Part shown: piece after piece, positions 53,900 to 64,000 of the stretch | Position numbering within the stretch: position 1 is the stretch's first letter | Layout: each line of letters opens with the position of its first letter | The notes under the pieces: generated by a model | What the model was told of the DNA's origin: nothing | Seen by the model: only the letters and a program-made list of their open reading frames with translations | The model's database searches: none | From: Eledone cirrhosa | Lineage: Eukaryota | Direction of reading: 5' to 3' | Length of the DNA stretch: 64,000 nucleotides | Assembly (NCBI GenBank): GCA_964016885.1 | Contig: OZ024744.1 | Location: 12,462,001-12,526,000 of the forward strand | Program-made: the position numbers and the translations under genes

Positions 53900-56800
53900 A
53901 GTGGTGTCATGACTGTAGTGTAGGTGGTAGTAGTGGTGACATAACAGTAGTGTAGGTTGTAGTAGTGGTGACATGACAGTAGTGTAGGTGGTAGTAGTGG
54001 TGACATGACAGTAGTGTAGGTGTTAGTAGTGGTGACATGACAGTAGTGCAGGTGGTAGTACAGGTGTCATCACAATAGTGTAGGTGGTAGTAGTGGTGAC
54101 ATGACAGTAGTGTAGCTGGTAGTAGTGGTCACATGACAGTAGTGTAGGTGGTAGTAGTGGTGCCATGACAGTAGTGTAGGTGGTAGTAATGGTGTCATGA
54201 CAGTAGTGTAGGTGGTAGTATTGGTGTCATGACAGTAGTGTAGGTGGTAGTAGTGGTGACATGACGGTAGTGTAGGTGGTAGTAGTGGTGACATGACAGT
54301 AGTGTAGGTGGTAGTACTGGTATCATGACAATAGTGTAGGTGGTAGTAGTGGTGACATAACAGTAGCGTAGGTGGTAGTAGTGGTGTCATGACAGTAGTG
54401 TAGGTGGTAGTAGTGGTGACATGACAGTAGTGTAGGTGTTAGTAGTGATTACAAGACAGTAGTGTAGGTGGTAGTACTGGTGACATGACAGTAGTGTAGG
54501 TGGTAGTAGTCGTATCATAACAGTAGTGTAGGTGGTAGTAGTGGTGTCATGACAGTAGTGTAGGTGGTAGTAGTGGTATCATAACAGTAGTGTAGGTTGT
54601 AGTAGTGGTGACATGATAGTAGTGTATGTGGTAGTAGTGGTATCATAAAAGTAGTGTAGGTGGTAGTAGTTTGTGACATGACGGTAGTGAAGGTGGAAGT
54701 AGTGGTGTGATAACAGTAGTGTAGGTGCTAGTAGTAGTGACATGACAGTAGTGTAGGTGGTAGTAGTGGTGTGATAACAGTAGTGTAGGTGGTAGTAGTG
54801 GTGACAGAATAGTAGTGTAGGTGGTAGGAGGGTGACATGACAGTAGTGTAGGTGGTAGTAGTGGTGTCATGACAATAGTGTCGGTGGTAGTAGTGGTGAC
54901 ATGACAGTAGTGTAGGCGGTAGTAGTGGTGACATGACAGTAGTGTAGGTGGTAGTAGTAGTGTCATGACAGTAGTGTAGGTGGTAGTAGTGGTGTCATGA
55001 CAGTAGTGTAGGTGGTAGTAGTAGTGACATGACAGTAGTGTAGGTGGCAGTAGTGGTGTCATGACAGTAGTGTAGGTGGTAGTAGTGGTGTCATGACAAT
55101 AGTGTCGGTGGTAGTAGTGGTGACATGATAGTAGTGTAGGTGATAGTAGTGGTGACATGACAGTAGTGTAGGTGGTAGTAGTGGTGACATGACAGTAGTG
55201 TAGGTGGTAGTAGAGGTGTCATGACATTAGTGTAGGTGGTAGTAGTGGTGACATTAAAAGTAGTGTAGGTCGTAGTAGTGGTGACATGACAGTAGTGTAG
55301 GTGGTAGTAGTGGTGACATGACAGTAGTGTAGGTGGTAGTAGTGGTGTCATGACAGCAGTGTAGGTGGTAGTAGTGGTGACATGACGGTCGTGTAGGTGG
55401 TAGTAGTGGTGACATGACAGTAGTGTAGGTGGTAGTAGTGGTGACATGACAGTAGTGTAGGTGGTAGTAGTGGTGACATGACTGTAGTGTAGGTGGTAGT
55501 AGTGGTGTCATGACAATAGTGTAGGTGGTAGTAGTGGTGTCATGACAGTAGGGTAGGTAGTAGTAGTGGTGACATGACAATAGTGTAGGTGGTAGTAGTG
55601 GTGAAATGACAGTAGTATAGATGGTAGTAGTGGTGACATGACAGTAGTGTAGGTGGGAGTAGTGGTGAGATGACAGTAGTGTAGGTGGTAGTAGTGGTGT
55701 CATGACAATAGTGTAGGTGGTAGTAGTGGTGTCATGACAATAGTGTAGGTGGTAGTAGTGGTGAAATGACAGTAGTATAGGTGGTAGTAGTGGTGACATG
55801 ACAGTAGTGTAGGTGGGAGTAGTGGTGACATGACAGTACTGTAGGTGGTAGTAATAGTGTCATGACAGTAGTGTAGGTGGTAGTAGTGGTGTCATGACAG
55901 TAGTGTAGGTGGTAGTAGTGGTGACATCACAGTAGCGTAGGTGGTAGTAGTGGTGTCATGACAGTAGTGTAGGTGGTAGTAGTGGTGTCATGACAATAGT
56001 GTCGGTGGTAGTAGTGGTGACATGATAGTAGTGTAGATGGTAGTAGTGGTGACATGACAGTAGTGTAGGTGGTAGTCGTGGTGACATGACAGTAGTGTAG
56101 GTGGTAGTAGTGGTGTCATGACAGTAGTGTAGGTGGTAGTAGTGGTGACATTAAAAGTAGTGTAGGTGGTAGTAGTGGTGACATGACAGTAGTGTAGGTG
56201 GTAGTAGTCGTGACATGACAGTAGTGTAGGTGGTAGTAGTGGTGTCATGACAGTAGTGTAGGTGGTAGTAGTGGTGACATGACAGTACTGTAGGTGGTAG
56301 TAGTAATGTCATGACAGTAGTGTAGGTGGAAGTAGTGGTGTCATGACAGTACTGTAGGTGGTAGTAGTGGTGTCATGACAGTAGTGTAGGTGGAAGTAGT
56401 GGTGACATGACAGTAGTGTAGTTGGTAGTAGTGGTGACATGACTAGTGTAGTTGGTAGTAGTGGTGTCATGACAGTAGTGTAGGTGGTAGTAGTGGGGTC
56501 ATGACAGTAGTATAAGTGGTAGTAATAGTGACATGACAGTAGTGTAGGTGGTAGTAGTGGTGACATGACAGTAGTGTAGGTGGTAGTAGTGGTGACATGA
56601 CAGTAGTGTAGGTGGTAGTAGTGGTGTCATGACAGTAGTGTAGGTGGTAGTAGTGGTGACATGGTGTAGTGTAGGTGGTAGTAGTGGTGTCATGACAGTA
56701 GTGTAGGTGGTAGTAGTGGTGACATGACAGTAGTGTAAGTGGTAGTAATAGTGACATGACAGTAGTGTAGGTGGTAGTAGTGGTGACATGACAGTAGTGT

Positions 56801-59800
56801 AGGTGGTAGTAGTGGTGACATGACAGAAGTGTAGGTGGTAGTAGTGGTGATATGACAGTAGTGTAGGTGGTAGTAGGGTGACATGACAGTAGTGTAGGTG
56901 GTAGTAGTGGTGTCATGACAGTAGTGTAGGGGGTAGTAGTGGTGTCATCACAATAGTGTAGGTGGTAGTAGTTGTGACATGACAGTAGTGTAGCTGGTAG
57001 TAGTGGTGACAGAGACAGTAGTGTAGGTGGTAGTAGTGGTGTCATGACAGTAGTGTAGGTGGTAGTAGTGGTGACATTAAAAGTAATGTAGGTGGTAGTA
57101 GTGGTGACATGACAGTAGTGGAGGTGGTAGTAGTGGTGACATGACAGTAGTGTAGGTGGTAGTAGTGGTGTCATGACAGCAGTGTAGGTGGTAGTAGTGG
57201 TGACATGACAGTCGTGTAGGTGGTAGTAGTGGTGACATGACAGTAGTGTAGGTGGTAGTAGTGGTGACATGACAGTAGTGTAGGTGGTAGTAGTGGTGAC
57301 ATGACTGTAGTGTAGGTGGTAGTAGTGGTGTCATGACAATAGTGTAGGTGGTAGTAGTGGTGTCATGACAGTAGTGTAGGTAGTAGTAGTGGTGTCATGA
57401 CAGTAGTGTAGGTAGTAGTAGTGGTGTCATGACAATAGTGTAGGTGGTAGTAGTGGTGTCATGACAATAGTGTAGGTGGTAGTAGTGGTGTCATGACAGT
57501 AGTGTAGGTAGTAGTAGTGGTGTCATGACAATAGTGTAGGTGGTAGTAGTGGTGAAATGACAGTAGTATAGATGGTAGTAGTGGTGACATGACAGTAGTG
57601 TAGGTGGGAGTAGTGGTGAGATGACAGTAGTGTAGGTGGTAGTAGTGGTGTCATGACAATAGTGTAGGTGGTAGTAGTGGTGTCATGACAATAGTGTAGG
57701 TGGTAGTAGTGGTGAAATGACAGTAGTATAGGTAGTAGTAGTGGTGACATGACAGTAGTGTAGGTGGGAGTAGTGGTGACATGACAGTACTGTAGGTGGT
57801 AGTAGTAGTGTCATGACAGTAGTGTAGGTGGTAGTAGTGGTGTCATGACAGTAGTGTAGGTGGTAGTAGTGGTGACATGACAGTAGTGTAGGTGGCAGTA
57901 CTGGTGTCATGACAGTAGTGTAGGTGGTAGTAGTGGTGTCATGACAATAGTGTCGGTGGTAGTAGTGGTGACATGATAGTAGTGTAGGTGGTAGTAGTGG
58001 TGACATGACAGTAGTGTAGGTGGTAGTAGTGGTGACATGACAGTAGTGTAGGTGGTAGTAGAGGTGTCATGACATTAGTGTAGGTGGTAGTAGTGGTGTC
58101 ATGACAGTAGTGTAGGTGGTAGTAGTGGTGTCATGACAATAGTGTCGGTGGTAGTAGTGGTGACATGATAGTAGTGTAGGTGGTAGTAGTGGTGACATGA
58201 CAGTAGTGTAGGTGGTAGTAGTGGTGACATGACAGTAGTGTAGGTGGTAGTAGTGGTGACATGACAGTAGTGTAGGTGGTAGTAGAGGTGTCATGACATT
58301 AGTGTAGGTGGTAGTAGTGGTGACATTAAAAGTAGTGTAGGTCGTAGTAGTGGTGACATGACAGTAGTGTAGGTGGTAGTAGTGGTGACATGACAGTAGT
58401 GTAGGTGGTAGTAGTGGTGACATGACGGTCGTGTAGGTGGTAGTAGTGGTGACATGACAGTAGTGTAGGTGGTAGTAGTGGTGACATGACAGTAGTGTAG
58501 GTGGTAGTAGTGGTGACATGACTGTAGTGTAGGTGGTAGTAGTGGTGTCATGACAATAGTGTAGGTGGTAGTAGTGGTGTCATGACAGTAGTGTAGGTAG
58601 TAGTAGTGGTGTCATGACAATAGTATAGGTGGTAGTAGTGGTGAAATGACAGTAGTATAGATGGTAGTAGTGGTGACATGACAGTAGTGTAGGTGGGAGT
58701 AGTGGTGAGATGACAGTAGTGTAGGTGGTAGTAGTGTGTCATGACTGTAGTGTAGGTGGTAGTAGTGGTGACATAACAGTAGTGTAGGTTGTAGTAGTGG
58801 TGACATGACAGTGGTGTAGGTGGTAGTAGTGGTGACATGACAGTAGTGTAGGTGTTAGTAGTGGTGACATGACAGTAGTGTAGGTGGTAGTACAGGTGTC
58901 ATCACAATAGTGTAGGTGGTAGTAGTGGTGACATGACAGTAGTGTAGCTGGTAGTAGTGGTCACATGACAGTAGTGTAGGTGGTAGTAGTGGTGTCATGA
59001 CAGTAGTGTAGGTGGTAGTAATGGTGTCATGACAGTAGTGTAGGTGGTAGTATTGGTGTCATGACAGTAGTGTAGGTGGTAGTAGTGGTGACATGACGGT
59101 AGTGTAGGTGGTAGTAGTGGTGACATGACAGTAGTGTAGGTGGTAGTACTGGTATCATGACAATAGTGTAGGTGGTAGTAGTGGTGACATAACAGTAGCG
59201 TAGGTGGTAGTAGTGGTGTCATGACAGTAGTGTAGGTGGTAGTAGTGGTGACATGACAGTAGTGTAGGTGTTAGTAGTGATTACAAGACAGTAGTGTAGG
59301 TGGTAGTACTGGTGACATGACAGTAGTGTAGGTGGTAGTAGTGGTATCATAACAGTAGTGTAGGTGGTAGTAGTGGTGACATGACAGTAGTGTAGGTGGT
59401 AGTAGTCGTATCATAACAGTAGTGTAGGTGGTAGTAGTGGTGTCATGACAGTAGTGTAGGTGGTAGTAGTGGTATCATAACAGTAGTGTAGGTTGTAGTA
59501 GTGGTGACATGACAGTAGTGTATGTGGTAGTAGTGGTATCATAAAAGTAGTGTAGGTGGTAGTAGTTTGTGACATGACGGTAGTGAAGGTGGAAGTAGTG
59601 GTGTGATAACAGTAGTGTAGGTGCTAGTAGTAGTGACATGACAGTAGTGTAGGTGGTAGTAGTGGTGTGATAACAGTAGTGTAGGTGGTAGTAGTGGTGA
59701 CAGAATAGTAGTGTAGGTGGTAGGAGGGTGACATGACAGTAGTGTAGGTGGTAGTAGTGGTGTCATGACAATAGTGTCGGTGGTAGTAGTGGTGACATGA

Positions 59801-62800
59801 CAGTAGTGTAGGCGGTAGTAGTGGTGACATGACAGTAGTGTAGGTGGTAGTAGTAGTGTCATGACAGTAGTGTAGGTGGTAGTAGTGGTGTCATGACAGT
59901 AGTGTAGGTGGTAGTAGTAGTGACATGACAGTAGTGTAGGTGGCAGTAGTGGTGTCATGACAGTAGTGTAGGTGGTAGTAGTGGTGTCATGACAATAGTG
60001 TCGGTGGTAGTAGTGGTGACATGATAGTAGTGTAGGTGATAGTAGTGGTGACATGACAGTAGTGTAGGTGGTAGTAGTGGTGACATGACAGTAGTGTAGG
60101 TGGTAGTAGAGGTGTCATGACATTAGTGTAGGTGGTAGTAGTGGTGACATTAAAAGTAGTGTAGGTCGTAGTAGTGGTGACATGACAGTAGTGTAGGTGG
60201 TAGTAGTGGTGACATGACAGTAGTGTAGGTGGTAGTAGTGGTGTCATGACAGCAGTGTAGGTGGTAGTAGTGGTGACATGACGGTCGTGTAGGTGGTAGT
60301 AGTGGTGACATGACAGTAGTGTAGGTGGTAGTAGTGGTGACATGACAGTAGTGTAGGTGGTAGTAGTGGTGACATGACTGTAGTGTAGGTGGTAGTAGTG
60401 GTGTCATGACAATAGTGTAGGTGGTAGTAGTGGTGTCATGACAGTAGTGTAGGTAGTAGTAGTGGTGTCATGACAATAGTGTAGGTGGTAGTAGTGGTGA
60501 AATGACAGTAGTATAGATGGTAGTAGTGGTGACATGACAGTAGTGTAGGTGGGAGTAGTGGTGAGATGACAGTAGTGTAGGTGGTAGTAGTGGTGTCATG
60601 ACAATAGTGTAGGTGGTAGTAGTGGTGTCATGACAATAGTGTAGGTGGTAGTAGTGGTGAAATGACAGTAGTATAGGTGGTAGTAGTGGTGACATGACAG
60701 TAGTGTAGGTGGGAGTAGTGGTGACATGACAGTACTGTAGGTGGTAGTAATAGTGTCATGACAGTAGTGTAGGTGGTAGTAGTGGTGTCATGACAGTAGT
60801 GTAGGTGGTAGTAGTGGTGACATCACAGTAGCGTAGGTGGTAGTAGTGGTGTCATGACAGTAGTGTAGGTGGTAGTAGTGGTGTCATGACAATAGTGTCG
60901 GTGGTAGTAGTGGTGACATGATAGTAGTGTAGATGGTAGTAGTGGTGACATGACAGTAGTGTAGGTGGTAGTCGTGGTGACATGACAGTAGTGTAGGTGG
61001 TAGTAGTGGTGTCATGACAGTAGTGTAGGTGGTAGTAGTGGTGACATTAAAAGTAGTGTAGGTGGTAGTAGTGGTGACATGACAGTAGTGTAGGTGGTAG
61101 TAGTCGTGACATGACAGTAGTGTAGGTGGTAGTAGTGGTGTCATGACAGTAGTGTAGGTGGTAGTAGTGGTGACATGACAGTACTGTAGATGGTAGTAGT
61201 AATGTCATGACAGTAGTGTAGGTGGAAGTAGTGGTGTCATGACAGTACTGTAGGTGGTAGTAGTGGTGTCATGACAGTAGTGTAGGTGGAAGTAGTGGTG
61301 ACATGACAGTAGTGTAGGTGGTAGTAGTGGTGACATGACTAGTGTAGTTGGTAGTAGTGGTGTCATGACAGTAGTGTAGGTGGTAGTAGTGGGGTCATGA
61401 GAGTAGTATAAGTGGTAGTAATAGTGACATGACAGTAGTGTAGGTGGTAGTAGTGGTGACATGACAGTAGTGTAGGTGGTAGTAGTGGTGACATGACAGT
61501 AGTGTAGGTGGTAGTAGTGGTGTCATAACAGTAGTGTAGGTGGTAGTAGTGGTGACATGATGTAGTGTAGGTGGTAGTAGTGGTGTCATGACAGTAGTGT
61601 AGGTGGTAGTAGTGGTGACATGACAGTAGTGTAAGTGGTAGTAATAGTGACATGACAGTAGTGTAGGTGGTAGTAGTGGTGACATGACAGTAGTGTAGGT
61701 GGTAGTAGTGGTGACATGACAGTAGTGTAGGTGGTAGTAGTGGTGTCATGACAGTAGTGTAGGTGGTAGTAGTGGTGACATGATGTAGTGTAGGTGGTAG
61801 TAGTGGTGTCATGACAGTAGTGTAGGTGGTAGTAGTGGTGACATGACAGTAGTGTAAGTGGTAGTAATAGTGACATGACAGTAGTGTAGGTGGTAGTAGT
61901 GGTGACATGACAGTAGTGTAGGTGGTAGTAGTGGTGACATGACAGAAGTGTAGGTGGTAGTAGTGGTGATATGACAGTAGTGTAGGTGGTAGTAGGGTGA
62001 CATGACAGTAGTGTAGGTGGTAGTAGTGGTGTCATGACAGTAGTGTAGGGGGTAGTAGTGGTGTCATCACAATAGTGTAGGTGGTAGTAGTTGTGACATG
62101 ACAGTAGTGTAGCTGGTAGTAGTGGTGACAGAGACAGTAGTGTAGGTGGTAGTAGTGGTGTCATGACAGTAGTGTAGGTGGTAGTAGTGGTGACATTAAA
62201 AGTAATGTAGGTGGTAGTAGTGGTGACATGACAGTAGTGTAGGTGGTAGTAGTGGTGACATGACAGTAGTGTAGGTGGTAGTAGTGGTGTCATGACAGCA
62301 GTGTAGGTGGTAGTAGTGGTGACATGACAGTCGTGTAGGTGGTAGTAGTGGTGACATGACAGTAGTGTAGGTGGTAGTAGTGGTGACATGACAGTAGTGT
62401 AGGTGGTAGTAGTGGTGACATGACTGTAGTGTAGGTGGTAGTAGTGGTGTCATGACAATAGTGTAGGTGGTAGTAGTGGTGTCATGACAGTAGCGTAGGT
62501 AGTAGTAGTGGTGTCATGACAATAGTGTAGGTGGTAGTAGTGGTGTCATGACAATAGTGTAGGTGGTAGTAGTGGTGTCATGACAGTAGTGTAGGTAGCA
62601 GTAGTGGTGTCATGACAATAGTGTAGGTGGTAGTAGTGGTGAAATGACAGTAGTATAGATGGTAGTAGTGGTGACATGACAGTAGTGTAGGTGGGAGTAG
62701 TGGTGAGATGACAGTAGTGTAGGTGGTAGTAGTGGTGTCATGACAATAGTGTAGGTGGTAGTAGTGGTGTCATGACAATAGTGTAGGTGGTAGTAGTGGT

Positions 62801-63850
62801 GAAATGACAGTAGTATAGGTGGTAGTAGTGGTGACATGACAGTAGTGTAGGTGGGAGTAGTGGTGACATGACAGTACTGTAGGTGGTAGTAGTAGTGTCA
62901 TGACAGTAGTGTAGGTGGTAGTAGTGGTGTCATGACAGTAGTGTAGGTGGTAGTAGTGGTGACATGACAGTAGTGTAGGTGGCAGTAGTGGTGTCATGAC
63001 AGTAGTGTAGGTGGTAGTAGTGGTGTCATGACAATAGTGTCGGTGGTAGTAGTGGTGACATGATAGTAGTGTAGGTGGTAGTAGTGGTGACATGACAGTA
63101 GTGTAGGTGGTAGTAGTGGTGACATGACAGTAGTGTAGGTGGTAGTAGAGGTGTCATGACATTAGTGTAGGTGGTAGTAGTGGTGTCATGACAGTAGTGT
63201 AGGTGGTAGTAGTGGTGTCATGACAATAGTGTCGGTGGTAGTAGTGGTGACATGATAGAAGTGTAGGTGGTAGTAGTGGTGACATGACAGTAGTGTAGGT
63301 GGTAGTAGTGGTGACATGACAGTAGTGTAGGTGGTAGTAGTGGTGACATGACAGTAGTGTAGGTGGTAGTAGAGGTGTCATGACATTAGTGTAGGTGGTA
63401 GTAGTGGTGACATTAAAAGTAGTGTAGGTCGTAGTAGTGGTGACATGACAGTAGTGTAGGTGGTAGTAGTGGTGACATGACAGTAGTGTAGGTGGTAGTA
63501 GTGGTGACATGACGGTCGTGTAGGTGGTAGTAGTGGTGACATGACAGTAGTGTAGGTGGTAGTAGTGGTGACATGACAGTAGTGTAGGTGGTAGTAGTGG
63601 TGACATGACAGTAGTGTAGGTGGTAGTAGTGGTGACATGACTGTAGTGTAGGTGGTAGTAGTGGTGTCATGACAATAGTGTAGGTGGTAGTAGTGGTGTC
63701 ATGACAGTAGTGTAGGTAGTAGTAGTGGTGTCATGACAATAGTATAGGTGGTAGTAGTGGTGAAATGACAGTAGTATAGATGGTAGTAGTGGTGACATGA
63801 CAGTAGTGTAGGTGGGAGTAGTGGTGAGATGACAGTAGTGTAGGTGGTAG
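53900..63850. repeat. Tandem duplication of a unit of about 4.8-5.1 kb with internal monomer gains and losses
   Basis: The offset steps from 4832 (GATTACA 54447/59279) to 4896 (ORFs 54643/59539, 55988/60884), 5119 (57077/62196) and 5087 (57523/62610, 58067/63154). Confidence 0.88.
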
Positions 63851-64000
63851 TAGTGGTGTCATGACAATAGTGTAGGTGGTAGTAGTGGTGTCATGCCAAT
63901 AGTGTAGGTGGTAGTAGTGGTGAAATGACAGTAGTGTAGGTGGTAGTAGTGGTGACATGACAGTAGTGTAGGTGGCAGTAGTGGTGACATGACAGTACTG

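Larger units (their letters stand above)
1..64000. repeat. 32-bp tandem satellite/minisatellite array, about 2,000 head-to-tail monomers, running off both ends of the window
   Basis: Consensus GACATGACAGTAGTGTAGGTGGTAGTAGTGGT (13 G, 9 T, 8 A, 2 C) recurs every 32 bp throughout, typically with 0-3 substitutions per monomer and occasional length variants. No inversion or non-repeat insert seen. Confidence 0.99.
43221..64000. repeat. Right sub-domain of the satellite with a different set of variant monomers
   Basis: TACAGGTGTCATCAC (43887, 48203, 51578, 54059, 58891), GATTACAAGAC (48591, 51966, 54447, 59279), GACAGAATAG, TATCATAAAAG and GACATTAAAAG were seen only in this part. 31-bp TAGTAGGGTGAC monomers are rarer here. 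Confidence 0.8.

Noticed and set aside
18-59675. GATA-factor sites (TGATAA) in the recurrent GTGATAAC variant
   Set aside because: A 6-bp match spread by block duplication, with no nearby gene or other support for regulatory function.
1-64000. CRISPR array (32-bp repeat with a short palindrome)
   Set aside because: The repeats abut directly with no unique spacers, and there is no leader or cas gene.
1-64000. Telomerase-synthesised telomere tract (TTAGG, TTAGGG or long yeast-type repeat)
   Set aside because: There is no run of canonical short repeats. Inherited variant patterns copied in kb-scale blocks indicate recombination or replication-based amplification rather than templated addition.
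1-64000. Antigenic-variation cassette or diversity-generating retroelement repeats
   Set aside because: There is no reverse transcriptase, recombinase or expression locus, and no adenine-specific template/variable repeat pair.
1-64000. Pure sequencing or assembly artefact
   Set aside because: Variant monomers are reproducibly shared between blocks, and most duplicate copies differ by a few substitutions or whole monomers, as expected for real satellite evolution. The most identical pairs (1782 and 1630 bp) still merit read-level confirmation.

Overview
The whole 64 kb window is one uninterrupted, single-orientation tandem array (about 2,000 monomers) of a 32-bp satellite/minisatellite with consensus GACATGACAGTAGTGTAGGTGGTAGTAGTGGT. 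I saw no unique sequence, transposon, RNA gene, CRISPR spacer or credible protein-coding gene. The many minus-strand ORFs follow arithmetically from the monomer: its reverse complement has no stop codon in any frame, and its length is not a multiple of 3. The real information is in the variant monomers. They show (i) nested, in-register tandem duplications from 96 bp to about 5 kb whose order can be partly reconstructed, (ii) a switch at about 43 kb between two sub-domains with different diagnostic variants, (iii) an A/T dimorphism that toggles a TGACA direct repeat into a perfect 10-bp palindrome, and (iv) strong G/C strand skew. It looks like eukaryotic heterochromatic or subtelomeric satellite DNA, but organism and chromosomal position cannot be determined from this window. 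I found no evidence of a novel gene system. Duplication offsets were checked by hand at marker motifs; boundaries are approximate (plus or minus 1-3 monomers).
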